This document shows, piece by piece, positions 41,608 to 51,240 of a stretch of 64,000 nt of DNA. Each line of letters begins with the position of its first letter. The first letter of the stretch is position 1. Where the stretch lies: positions 18,629-82,628 of the forward strand of contig JAUZRN010000018.1 of the NCBI GenBank assembly GCA_030950375.1. Direction: 5' to 3'. The DNA comes from Rhodothermus sp. (GTDB lineage Bacteria; Bacteroidota; Rhodothermia; Rhodothermales; Rhodothermaceae). Below the pieces are notes generated by a model. That model was not told the origin of the DNA. It saw only the letters and a list, made by a program, of their open reading frames with translations, and ran no database searches. Position numbers and translations under genes: made by a program.

Positions 41608-43242
41608 ATGCTACGCTGGATTGCATGGAGCTGGGTCGTAGTTTTTACGATAGTGCCCGAGAATGCGCGTCTACAACCGGTTCGCATTAATGGAGGCTTC
41701 TCGGTCTATAGTGAAGCTTACGGCCAGCAGGGATTACGCTTCAATCGTCGCCCTGGTCAGCAGCTGGGAGCCCAGGGTCAGCTTACCCTGACCATTGGCG
41801 GTCAGTTGACGTTGCCGTTTTCTTTTTATCTCTCCACGGACGATGTCGGCTACCAGCTTCCGTTCAACCAATTTGGCGTCAGCCCCCGCTGGCGCTGGAT
41901 ACAGCTCCATGCGGGGTACTTTTCCACTCGACTGACCGAGCTGACGCTGCGGGACGCGCGCCTGCTGGGTGGCGGCCTGTCGCTGACACCCGGACCGTTT
42001 CGACTGGCGTTTGTGCAGGGGCTGACGCAGCGAGCTGTGCCGGCCGATACGTTACGCGACCAACCACCGTTGCTGCGTCAGACGCTCACTGCAGTACAGA
42101 TCGGGGTAGGTGAGGAAGCAGGCTGGCACTTCTGGGTGACAGGGCTTCGCGCCAAAGATACGCCTGACCTGGAGGCATATGAGACCTATGGGGTAGCACC
42201 GCAGGACAATCTGGTCCTTTCGACAGCAGTTGGTCTGGCGCCCCTTCCCGGACGTTTACAGCTCAAAACGGAGGTGGCCGCCTCGGTATATACCCCCGAT
42301 GTGCTGGCTGGTGCGCTGGACTTCAATCGGGCGTTCCAGCAGCTGCAGGAGCTTTTCGGATCGCTGGTAGCGCTCCGGGTCGGCTCTCGCATAGACGTAG
42401 CGGTATCCTCCACGTTGATCCTCCGGCCCGCTCGGACTTTTCAGCTGCAATTGCAGAGTCGATACGTAGGGCCTGGTTTTCGATCGCTGGGAGCTATTCA
42501 GCTGGAAAACGATATTCTGGATCTGCTGGTCGCGCCACGCATCCTGACACGACCGGTCCAGGTGGCTGCTCGCTTTGGGGTACGTCGCAATAATCTGGCT
42601 GGTAGCCGCCTCAGCACACGCCAACGCGGACTGGCCGCCATCAATGCCACGTTTCTGTTCAGCTCGGCCTTCTCTGTAGCAGCCGAGTTCACCAACTTTG
42701 GCGTGCGACTTTCTCGCCGCATCGATACATTGACCGTCTCGAATATTTCGCGGCAATTCGGACTAACGCCTACGCTTCGTCTGCAATCCGGTGCCTGGTT
42801 GCACACGATAACGCTGAGTCTTCGCTATCAGCAGGCCAATGAACGCTACGTCGGCCTGACGCAAAGTCGCCTGACGCGCAATCAGGACCTGATGGTTTCG
42901 CACAGCCTGACGTTCCCACAGCGTCATACGCTGACCTCCAGCTTGAGCCTGAACCGTAGCCTTTTCGACAGCCTGCAGACAACCGTTTTAAACTGGAACG
43001 AATCGCTCACCCTTCAGTGGGGGCGTGCCCGGGCAACCCTTTCCGCGGGCTTGCAACGTTCCCAGGCGCAGTTTACCGACACGGGCTTCATCGGTCGATT
43101 CAATCTTTCCATTCCCGCAGGTCCCCGAGGCCAGCTTCAGCTTCGGCTAAATCTGCGGTCTTATCAATATGGACAGATGCGCCTGGATTCCCGCGGCTAC
43201 ACCGAGGGCACGGCCTACCTTGGCTACAGCTACCGATTTTAA
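41608..43242 (+). CDS. Outer-membrane beta-barrel protein of unknown function
   Basis: Signal-like N-terminus, alternating amphipathic beta-strands throughout, PFNQFGVSPRW..LGGGLSLTPG, and a terminal aromatic beta-signal YLGYSYRF. Confidence 0.8.
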   Translation: MLRWIAWSWVVVFTIVPENARLQPVRINGGFSVYSEAYGQQGLRFNRRPGQQLGAQGQLTLTIGGQLTLPFSFYLSTDDVGYQLPFNQFGVSPRWRWIQLHAGYFSTRLTELTLRDARLLGGGLSLTPGPFRLAFVQGLTQRAVPADTLRDQPPLLRQTLTAVQIGVGEEAGWHFWVTGLRAKDTPDLEAYETYGVAPQDNLVLSTAVGLAPLPGRLQLKTEVAASVYTPDVLAGALDFNRAFQQLQELFGSLVALRVGSRIDVAVSSTLILRPARTFQLQLQSRYVGPGFRSLGAIQLENDILDLLVAPRILTRPVQVAARFGVRRNNLAGSRLSTRQRGLAAINATFLFSSAFSVAAEFTNFGVRLSRRIDTLTVSNISRQFGLTPTLRLQSGAWLHTITLSLRYQQANERYVGLTQSRLTRNQDLMVSHSLTFPQRHTLTSSLSLNRSLFDSLQTTVLNWNESLTLQWGRARATLSAGLQRSQAQFTDTGFIGRFNLSIPAGPRGQLQLRLNLRSYQYGQMRLDSRGYTEGTAYLGYSYRF

Positions 43243-43258
43243 CTGACCAACGGATGCC

Positions 43259-46200
43259 ATGAAGCGCGTTTCGCTGGTGCTACTCGGACTGTGGCTGGGT
43301 CTGCTTCCTGCACAGGCCCAGGAAAATCTGGTCCAGGTGAATATTCTGATTCGCCGTCCGACGGCCATGCCCCGCTCGCTGGATAGCTGGCAGCGGGATC
43401 CTTCCCTGATTCAGGTCCAGGTACGCAATACAAGTTCTCGTCCCTTTGCCGACCTGCGCTTTTCCTTCGTGATCCGAGAAAGCAGTCGTGGCGAAATCCT
43501 GCGTGCTCGCGATGGACATCCGGCCCAGCCATCCTTCACGCTGGGGCCTTTCGAGTCCCGCACGTTCACGTGGGATCAGCTCATTGCCGAATCAGCGGTC
43601 CAGATTGCCCGACCGTTTCGCGAGGAGGTCGTACGCGACGGCATTCCAGAAGGTGACTACGAATTTTGTGCGACTATCCTGGATTTCAGCGTTTCGCCGC
43701 CTCAGGAGGTTGGTTCAACGGGTGCACTCTGCGCAATCTTTCAGGTCGTGGAGCCCGATCCGCCCGAACTTATTTCACCTCCTGACGACGAGACCTTAAT
43801 CACCGACTATCCCGTCTTCTCCTGGGCCTTTACGCCGCCTTCTGGCGTCAGTGGAGTCACCTATCAGCTTACGATCTGGCCTATTTATGCCGGGCAAACG
43901 CCGGTCGATGCCTCGCGCCACAATCGCAGGCTGTTTGCAACTGAGCTGACGACCACCACCTATCGCTACGGACCCGGGGACCCTGCCCTGCTTACCGACC
44001 GCCTGGACCCCCGTGCCATTGGCTACGTCTGGCAGGTACAGAGCTTTCTGGACGGCCAACCCTACGGCCGCGATCAGGGGCGTGGGCGCGGCGTCAGCCA
44101 ACTGGCCACGATCTGGCTACCTGAACGGGCGACCGCGCCAGAGACTCCGCTTCTTGTGCGTACGCTAACGCCCGAGGTGCTGCTGACGCCTGCTTCGAGA
44201 CGCCAGCCCGTCCGCTTCCTGCTGGAAAACATCAGCGGCCAGCCGCTAACGGTCTACCGCTTCCGCACGCGCTGGCAGACTCCAACCGGGGACCGTTCGC
44301 CGGAAGCATCCGAAGGGGATCCCCTTCCGGAAGGTCCGGTCCGACTGGATCCAGGCGAACGCTATACCGTGCAGTTCACGCTCCGTCCTCCGGAAGATCC
44401 AGATTACTTCGAAGACGTAATAACCCGCTTTGGGGACGGCACGTCGCTGACCTTCCCCATTGCCTTCACCTTCTTTGGCGAACAACATGAGCGTGCTTTC
44501 CAAACTGAATCGGACCGACCGGTCCAGTTAACGTACCGCATTCGCCCGGTCGCTCCTCTGCGCGTCCAACTACTCACTTCGTTCATTCGGCTGACACCGG
44601 ATGCGCCCCGGCAGCCTGTCGAGCTTCGGCTGGAAAACCTCGGGGATCAACCCCTTACAGTTACACGCTTCCGTACGACCTGGTATCCTCCAGACGATCG
44701 ACCACCGGAATCGCCCGAAGGAGCAGATGGGGATCCCCTGCCTGAAGGGGACGTCATGCTGGAGCCCGGGGCTACTCACACCGTACGTTTTTATCTCAAC
44801 TTCTCCCGCTCTCCCTTTGAACGACTGGTACGTGAGCTGGGGGATGGGCGGTCCATGTCTTTCCAGATCGCCTTCCTGTTCTTTGCCCGACAATCCGATG
44901 GGCGTATCTTGGAAGCGCCTGCCACCCCGCGTCTGAACGCTGAGCTTACGCTGGGCGAATCGCTTCGCATCCTGGCCATCCATCCGGCTCATCAGGACAC
45001 ATTACCCTGGCTTCCGCAACTGCTGGTGATTCGATGGGTGCCCTTCAACAACAGCTACCGGGGCGTCACCTTCGAGGTAACGGTGCAGGAAGAGGGTACC
45101 GGTCGCGTCTGGACCAACACGCGCCGGCTGAACTGGCCGCGCGGCCCGCTGGCCATCACACCAGGTAGAGAAATCTATCGGGCCAGCATGCATATTGTGA
45201 ACGCAACCGGGCGTCCACCCGAACTGGTGGACTGGGCCAACGAATTCCGGCCGGGACGTCGCTACCAGTGGACCGTCAGCGCCACCTTCCGCAATCCCGA
45301 TGGCAGTACCGAGACGGTCCGTTCGGAGCCCTTTACGTTTGTCCATGGCATGATTGCACCCGAGCTGGGTGTTCCGGCCAACAATGCGACGTTCGCCGCT
45401 GGCGAAAGCATCGCCTTTACCTGGACCCCCCGCCTTTCTCCTCGAGCCCTTTCGCCCGACGTGCTGGCCATTGCCCGCGGCGAAGCGGCTATGTTCTTTG
45501 AAGGCACCACCACCCATCGGGCACGACTCCAGGTAGCCACCAACCCGGACTTCTCTTCAGAAAACCTGATCCTGGAACAACCCTTCGAATTTTCCTTCAC
45601 GGAAACCGACTACGCTGACGTACTGACCGAGCAGAGCTGGCGTCCCGAGCATCGCTGGCGCCCGGGCACCTACTACTGGCGCGTCGTCTGGCTCGATGAG
45701 GATGACCGCCCCTATAGCGCCTCTCCGCTGCGTCAGTTCACTATCGGCGAGACAACGTTTGCCGTGCGAAACTACCAGCCGGCCGATGGCGCTGTAATCA
45801 ATGAGCTAAGCACGCCGTTTTACATTCGCACGACGCGTCCACTGGATCCAGCCCGCCTGCGCTCCGGATGGCTGGAAATCCGCCGCCTCACCCGCGACGA
45901 TGAGTCGCTCCGGGACGTCTTTTCCAATCCAGACCGGCTGGTAGCTCGCCTGGATATTACCCGGCTGGAACCCCATCCAGAGGAGCCGAATGTCTTTCAG
46001 GTGTACACCGGGACACCACCGGCGCCTTATGTGCTCACTTCCCCAGAAGCAGCCCAGTTCGTATGGATCGTCTCGCTCAACCTGAACAATGAGGGGACTC
46101 CTGAGCTACCAGCTCTGGCCGAAAGCTCCCCCACCCGTTTTCGCCTTCGCGAGCCTTCGGCAGCCTGTCTGGCGGCGTGTGAAGAACCGCTCCCCAGTAA

Positions 46201-49200
46201 TCGCACCCTCTCTACAGAACCCGCCTCAGCTTTTGTCAATCGGCAGGTACAGATCGGTAAGTTCTTCCTTCGTATCACCGAGGCCGAAGGCACTGGCAGC
46301 AACCTCTCCGGCCGCGGCATCATCCGAGTTACGCTGGGCAGCACGTTCAACCTGCGCGTACGCTTCGAAAATCTGCAGATCAACACCGACAACCAGGTCG
46401 TCGCTGGCGAGGCATTCGCCGAAGCCGACGGAGTGGTCCCGGACGAGTGGGCTACCCGGTTTGAACGCTTTGTGCCCGACACGGCCCGGGCTCGACGCAT
46501 CCGTGACGTCATCCGAACCGGTCGTAAACTGGCCAGTCTGCTTGGACTCTCTACCGAACCGGTCACGTTGCCGATCGGACTGGATCACGTCGTGGAAGGA
46601 ACCTCATGGGTACTGGCCATTGTGGGGATCCGCTTCCAGCCCACACGCGCCAGCCTGAACGCCCTCATGGACGTGCCGATGCCCTTCCTGGAAACCGGAC
46701 GGTTGGCCCTGGGCGTACGCGACGTGTGCATTAATCCACGTGGATTGGCCGGTGCCTTCCGGCTTGCGCTGGAGCGCTCGCTGCAATTCACGCTTCGGCG
46801 CAGCCCGGACCTGATCCTCCGCGTACTGGGCGAAGCCGACACCGAAGCCGGCGAAACCGGCACCGGTGCTGCCTGGGACTGCACCGGATTTCAGGAGCTG
46901 CAGTTGGCTCTCCAGTTCGAGTTTCCACGCGAATGGTTCGTTCCCATCAATGAAGCCGGCACCGACCGCGGTGACCGGGCGCGTGCTACCTTCCGTTTTG
47001 CGACCCGTAGCATGGACGGATGGCTGATTTCGGGTAACATGGATCGGGCCCGGATCACCGGTACCGACTTTATCTTTGAAGCAGCGGATATTGTCTATGA
47101 CAACGCTACAGATCGCAACCCGTCCGACCTTGTCTTTCCAGAGGGTTACGAAGGTCCTCGCGACAACTCCTGGACCGGCTGGTTTATCCGAAATGCGACC
47201 TTCTTCCTGCCCTCCCAGTTTGGCTCTTTCGAAGACCCCTCAGCCCGCCTGTCCTTTGGAGTGCAGAATGTGCTGATCGATGGCACCGGGCTTACGCTGG
47301 TTGCGCAGGCCAACAACCTGCTCAACCTGGACACCAACCCGGGCAGCCTGGATGGCTGGGCTTTTTCGATTGAGCAGATCCGGGCCGAATGGGTGAGCAG
47401 TTCCTTCCGAGAGGGCCGGATGCAGGGCCAGATCCGTATTCCCATTGGTGAGCCTGCCCTACAATATACTGCCCTGCTGCAATCGGCCGAGGCCTTTGAG
47501 GCCGAGCGAAGGGCCGAAGAGGGCGAGTCGGCCGAAACGGCGCGGCGCGACGAGGCGAGCGACCAGCCGGCGCTTTACTATACGTTTCGCATCGAGCCCC
47601 CGGAAACTTTCCGGGCTACCCTGTTTGAAGCGGCTCAGCTTCAACTGCAGCCTACCTCCCGGATCGAAATCACCAACCGCCCCCTTGAAAACTGCTTTGG
47701 TCGCACGCGGAGCGCTGAATTCCAGGCCTATGCCTGTTTGAACGGTACATTGACGCTGGCGGGCGATCTGGGAGGTATTCCGTTATCGTTCCGGGGAGTG
47801 CAATTCGAAAACTTCGGCATTAGCTCTCGCACGCCTTACTTCAATGCAGGCACCTGGAGCTGGGCCAGTCCGCCGCACTATCTGGGAGGATATGGACCGA
47901 CTGCAGTAGCCCCTGTCCAGGAAAGCACTTCAATGGGTTTTCCGGTTACGGTCGAAGATCTTGGGCTGGAAGTAGGCACGCGGGATGGTGACCCGGCCGC
48001 TGGCCTGCGCTTCGAGCTGGCCGTCCACCTGGGCAGCGACGGAGCTTCCCTGTCGGCAAGAACTACGCTGACCGTCTGGGGACGTCTGCAACGTCCCCCG
48101 CGCGCTCCCATGCGTCCCGCCTTTGCCGGTGTTGAGCTATCGGCTCTTTGCCTCGGCGGCAGCATCAGTGGCGTGGTATCGGTCGGTGAAGACAGTTGTC
48201 TGGAATTCTATCGGGATGATCCGACCTATGGCAATGGGTTTGCCGGAACGCTGAACGTCTCCTTCCTGGAAAGCGTGTCTGTCAGTGCTTCTGGGCGTTT
48301 TGGCGAAGTGGAGGGTTTCAATTACTGGTACATCGATGGCCTCGTAACGCTTGGCGCCAGCGGTGGTATTCCTATCGGCACCACGGGCATGGCCTTCTAC
48401 GGCTTCGGTGGGGGAATCTATTATCGCATGCGTCAGGAAAATCTGCCCGATCCCCAGACATTGACCGGCGGCACCCGCACTGTTCGCTACGTGCCCGATC
48501 GCAATGTCACGCTGGGGCTACGTGCGGCGACCGTGATAGGGACTTCCGGCCGTCCTGAACCTTTCAATGCGGACGTCACCCTGGAAGTCGCCTTTAATAG
48601 CGGCGGCGGCCTCAACCGGATCATCCTGCGCGGCGATGCCTACATGCTGGTTTCCGCCACGGATCGTCCCGAAAATCCCCCGATCACGGGTAGTGTCACC
48701 ATCGATATGAACTTTGCCGAACGTACGTTTGACGCGACCTTCCAGGCACGTGTCCTGCTACGCACCGGTGGGGTGACCGCCGTAGAAGGCCGGGGCGATG
48801 TGCAGCTCCATTTTGCGCCACGCGGCTGGTTTCTGCGGGTGGGGCGTCCCACACCTGAAGCCGACCGCATGCGCTTAAGTGTCATTGCGCTGACCCAGGT
48901 AAACGGCTACCTCTGGGTGGGCAATTGGCCGGAGGTCCCCCGCATGCCAGACCCGCCTCCGCCTGCGCCGCCGATCGTTCGAGCGGATTTTACCGCCGAC
49001 CTGACAGGGCGAGCCTTCCTTTTTGGCGCTTCAACCGGTTTTGAATTCTCTGGGCAATTTCTCATCTTCTACGGTGAGCTTCGCGCCTTCATGGGATTTG
49101 ATCTGGCGCTGATTGACTACGGCCGCGATGCCATGTGTACGCTGGAGGACGGACGTACCATGACGGGCATCGGCATCAACGGCTGGTATGCCCAGGGGCA

Positions 49201-51229
49201 ACTCTATGCCGGTATTACAGCGCGCCTGGGGATCGAAGTCGATCTGTTCTTTGCCAGCGGTCGCTTTGATATCTTCAATGCGGCTGTAGGAGCCACACTG
49301 GGCGGGGGACTCCCCAATCCGACCTATGCCAGCGGAGCTATTTCGGGACGTTATAGCATTCTGGGAGGCGCCGTCAAAGGCACCTTCCGGTATGATTTCG
49401 ATATTGGCGACGTCTGTAAGCCGCTCCCTCCCTCCCCGCTTGAAGGCATCGAGCTGATCACCGATCTGCGTCCGCGGGATGGAGAAAGAGACGTCGATGT
49501 CTTCACCGAGCCAGCCGCTGCCTTCAGTGCCGATCTGGATCGTCCCTTTGTGATGAAAGACGCAGAGGGCCGGCCTCATATTTACCGGCTGCGTACAGAA
49601 GGCATCGTGCTGCGCAAAGATAATGAACGCGGGCCTATCGTCCGAGGTCGCAATGTGGTAACCCCCGAAGGCGACGGCGTCTATTTCCAGCCTGATGAGC
49701 CGCTGGAGTCTTATGCCTGGTACTGGGCCCAGGTAAACGTCTACGCCGAAGAGCTCATTGGCGGACGCGTGGTTGGCCAGCGACGGGTCGGCGACGAGAT
49801 CGTCTACGATGTGGCTGGCGGTCGCTGGGAACCTGTGCGCAATGCCCGGGGTGAGCTCATTCAGGAAACCCGAAGCGTCCGTTTCCAGGCGGGCGTCCGT
49901 CCTGAACAGATTCGCCCGGAGCACGTCCTCTACAGCTATCCGCGCAACCGTCAGCGCTTCTTCCTGCAGGACATGTGTGATCCCGGGCGCATTTATCTGT
50001 CGGAAAACTATCAGTACCTGGCTGAAAATGCAGATATCCTGGTTCGATTCACGCCGGTAGAAGGCGGCGGCACCCCCATCACCGTCGAGGGGCAGCTCTC
50101 CCGAGGTGCTATAACGTTCCCCATTCCGGATCTACAACCAGCCACTTCCTACGTGCTGCAGGTGATTCGGCGTGAGCGCCCCCCGGTTGCCCTGACTGGT
50201 TTTGTGACCGCCTACGCAGCGGAAGCAGCTCGAACGGAGTCGCCACCTCGAACGGACGAAACCGCCACAGAACTTGATGTGCAACTGAGTCCGTCGGTAG
50301 CAGCGCAGGCCAGTCAACCCCGGCTGTTCGAACTTGCACTGCAGTGGCGGCAGCTACGCGGTACGCTGGCTCAGCTGCGGGTACGCACGCTCCCCCGTCC
50401 ACGCGTACAGCCCGGAGAAACGCAGCTGTACCTGTACTATTTCCGCACGAGCCGCTATCGGACGTTGCAGGAAAAATTCGCGCAGCTATCTACCACCAGT
50501 GTGTACCAGTTTGAGCGTGGCCGTCTCTTTGGCGCACCTGTGGAAATGCATGACTTCCAAGTAACCATCACCTGGGCCGATGAGGGCTTCGAGCGCTACG
50601 ACCTCGAGCGACAACACCTGCAGGGCAGACGCTGGCGCGAGGCGCTGCTGACCTACGGCATCAACTGGCAGGACGACTGGATGCGTCGTTTTGCACGGCC
50701 TTACATCTATGAACCTTTAAATATCCTGCGTCGCCGGGGCATCTCAGCCATTTCGTTCTACCATATGGCACCGCGCACAGCCCTTGAACTGATCCGCCGG
50801 CAGAGTCTGCTGGAAAGCCCGCTCCAGGACAGCGAACTCATGCCCCCTCCTTCTGTCGAGGAGCGGGTAGCCCGTGCCAGCACTCCCAAAGGCATCCTTT
50901 CCTGGTACTCCAGACAGTCTACTATTCGCATTCCGCCCCCGCCTCCTCCGCAACTGGTCTTCCGGTACCGATTCCCCACGCTGGCGTATCTGGATCATCG
51001 GATAGTGCAGAATCAGGTGGCCGCGCTGGTCAGTACCGATCGCTGGCGCTCGCTCTCTGAAGAGGACCGACGCCGACTCTGGCTGGCGGGCTTCTCCTCG
51101 TTTGTACGCCCCTATGGCCGGCTGTCCATCTGGTTTGGCTATCCCACCTGCGAGATGCTCGACGTAGGCATTCCAGGGGTAGAACTGTTCTTTGAGACCG
51201 GCAATCGGCCACCCCGAAACTTCCGTTAA
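43259..51229 (+). CDS. 2656-aa secreted multidomain protein (TANFOR-like N-terminus, Ig/FN3-like domains, long Gly/aromatic beta-rich core)
   Basis: Signal peptide (AQA|Q); VQVNILIRRP..IQVQVRN..DYEFC N-domain; PPELISP..FSW and TYYWRV Ig-like motifs; FYGFGGGIYYRM core; no YPNP-type CTD. The TANFOR resemblance is from memory, not a search. Confidence 0.72.
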   Translation: MKRVSLVLLGLWLGLLPAQAQENLVQVNILIRRPTAMPRSLDSWQRDPSLIQVQVRNTSSRPFADLRFSFVIRESSRGEILRARDGHPAQPSFTLGPFESRTFTWDQLIAESAVQIARPFREEVVRDGIPEGDYEFCATILDFSVSPPQEVGSTGALCAIFQVVEPDPPELISPPDDETLITDYPVFSWAFTPPSGVSGVTYQLTIWPIYAGQTPVDASRHNRRLFATELTTTTYRYGPGDPALLTDRLDPRAIGYVWQVQSFLDGQPYGRDQGRGRGVSQLATIWLPERATAPETPLLVRTLTPEVLLTPASRRQPVRFLLENISGQPLTVYRFRTRWQTPTGDRSPEASEGDPLPEGPVRLDPGERYTVQFTLRPPEDPDYFEDVITRFGDGTSLTFPIAFTFFGEQHERAFQTESDRPVQLTYRIRPVAPLRVQLLTSFIRLTPDAPRQPVELRLENLGDQPLTVTRFRTTWYPPDDRPPESPEGADGDPLPEGDVMLEPGATHTVRFYLNFSRSPFERLVRELGDGRSMSFQIAFLFFARQSDGRILEAPATPRLNAELTLGESLRILAIHPAHQDTLPWLPQLLVIRWVPFNNSYRGVTFEVTVQEEGTGRVWTNTRRLNWPRGPLAITPGREIYRASMHIVNATGRPPELVDWANEFRPGRRYQWTVSATFRNPDGSTETVRSEPFTFVHGMIAPELGVPANNATFAAGESIAFTWTPRLSPRALSPDVLAIARGEAAMFFEGTTTHRARLQVATNPDFSSENLILEQPFEFSFTETDYADVLTEQSWRPEHRWRPGTYYWRVVWLDEDDRPYSASPLRQFTIGETTFAVRNYQPADGAVINELSTPFYIRTTRPLDPARLRSGWLEIRRLTRDDESLRDVFSNPDRLVARLDITRLEPHPEEPNVFQVYTGTPPAPYVLTSPEAAQFVWIVSLNLNNEGTPELPALAESSPTRFRLREPSAACLAACEEPLPSNRTLSTEPASAFVNRQVQIGKFFLRITEAEGTGSNLSGRGIIRVTLGSTFNLRVRFENLQINTDNQVVAGEAFAEADGVVPDEWATRFERFVPDTARARRIRDVIRTGRKLASLLGLSTEPVTLPIGLDHVVEGTSWVLAIVGIRFQPTRASLNALMDVPMPFLETGRLALGVRDVCINPRGLAGAFRLALERSLQFTLRRSPDLILRVLGEADTEAGETGTGAAWDCTGFQELQLALQFEFPREWFVPINEAGTDRGDRARATFRFATRSMDGWLISGNMDRARITGTDFIFEAADIVYDNATDRNPSDLVFPEGYEGPRDNSWTGWFIRNATFFLPSQFGSFEDPSARLSFGVQNVLIDGTGLTLVAQANNLLNLDTNPGSLDGWAFSIEQIRAEWVSSSFREGRMQGQIRIPIGEPALQYTALLQSAEAFEAERRAEEGESAETARRDEASDQPALYYTFRIEPPETFRATLFEAAQLQLQPTSRIEITNRPLENCFGRTRSAEFQAYACLNGTLTLAGDLGGIPLSFRGVQFENFGISSRTPYFNAGTWSWASPPHYLGGYGPTAVAPVQESTSMGFPVTVEDLGLEVGTRDGDPAAGLRFELAVHLGSDGASLSARTTLTVWGRLQRPPRAPMRPAFAGVELSALCLGGSISGVVSVGEDSCLEFYRDDPTYGNGFAGTLNVSFLESVSVSASGRFGEVEGFNYWYIDGLVTLGASGGIPIGTTGMAFYGFGGGIYYRMRQENLPDPQTLTGGTRTVRYVPDRNVTLGLRAATVIGTSGRPEPFNADVTLEVAFNSGGGLNRIILRGDAYMLVSATDRPENPPITGSVTIDMNFAERTFDATFQARVLLRTGGVTAVEGRGDVQLHFAPRGWFLRVGRPTPEADRMRLSVIALTQVNGYLWVGNWPEVPRMPDPPPPAPPIVRADFTADLTGRAFLFGASTGFEFSGQFLIFYGELRAFMGFDLALIDYGRDAMCTLEDGRTMTGIGINGWYAQGQLYAGITARLGIEVDLFFASGRFDIFNAAVGATLGGGLPNPTYASGAISGRYSILGGAVKGTFRYDFDIGDVCKPLPPSPLEGIELITDLRPRDGERDVDVFTEPAAAFSADLDRPFVMKDAEGRPHIYRLRTEGIVLRKDNERGPIVRGRNVVTPEGDGVYFQPDEPLESYAWYWAQVNVYAEELIGGRVVGQRRVGDEIVYDVAGGRWEPVRNARGELIQETRSVRFQAGVRPEQIRPEHVLYSYPRNRQRFFLQDMCDPGRIYLSENYQYLAENADILVRFTPVEGGGTPITVEGQLSRGAITFPIPDLQPATSYVLQVIRRERPPVALTGFVTAYAAEAARTESPPRTDETATELDVQLSPSVAAQASQPRLFELALQWRQLRGTLAQLRVRTLPRPRVQPGETQLYLYYFRTSRYRTLQEKFAQLSTTSVYQFERGRLFGAPVEMHDFQVTITWADEGFERYDLERQHLQGRRWREALLTYGINWQDDWMRRFARPYIYEPLNILRRRGISAISFYHMAPRTALELIRRQSLLESPLQDSELMPPPSVEERVARASTPKGILSWYSRQSTIRIPPPPPPQLVFRYRFPTLAYLDHRIVQNQVAALVSTDRWRSLSEEDRRRLWLAGFSSFVRPYGRLSIWFGYPTCEMLDVGIPGVELFFETGNRPPRNFR
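44147..44962 (+). repeat. Tandem duplication of a 136-aa domain within the giant protein
   Basis: Units start at 44147 and 44555: RQPVRFLLENISGQPLTVYRFRT..GDPLPEG vs RQPVELRLENLGDQPLTVTRFRT..GDPLPEG. Confidence 0.88.
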
Positions 51230-51240
51230 CCGAACCGGCT

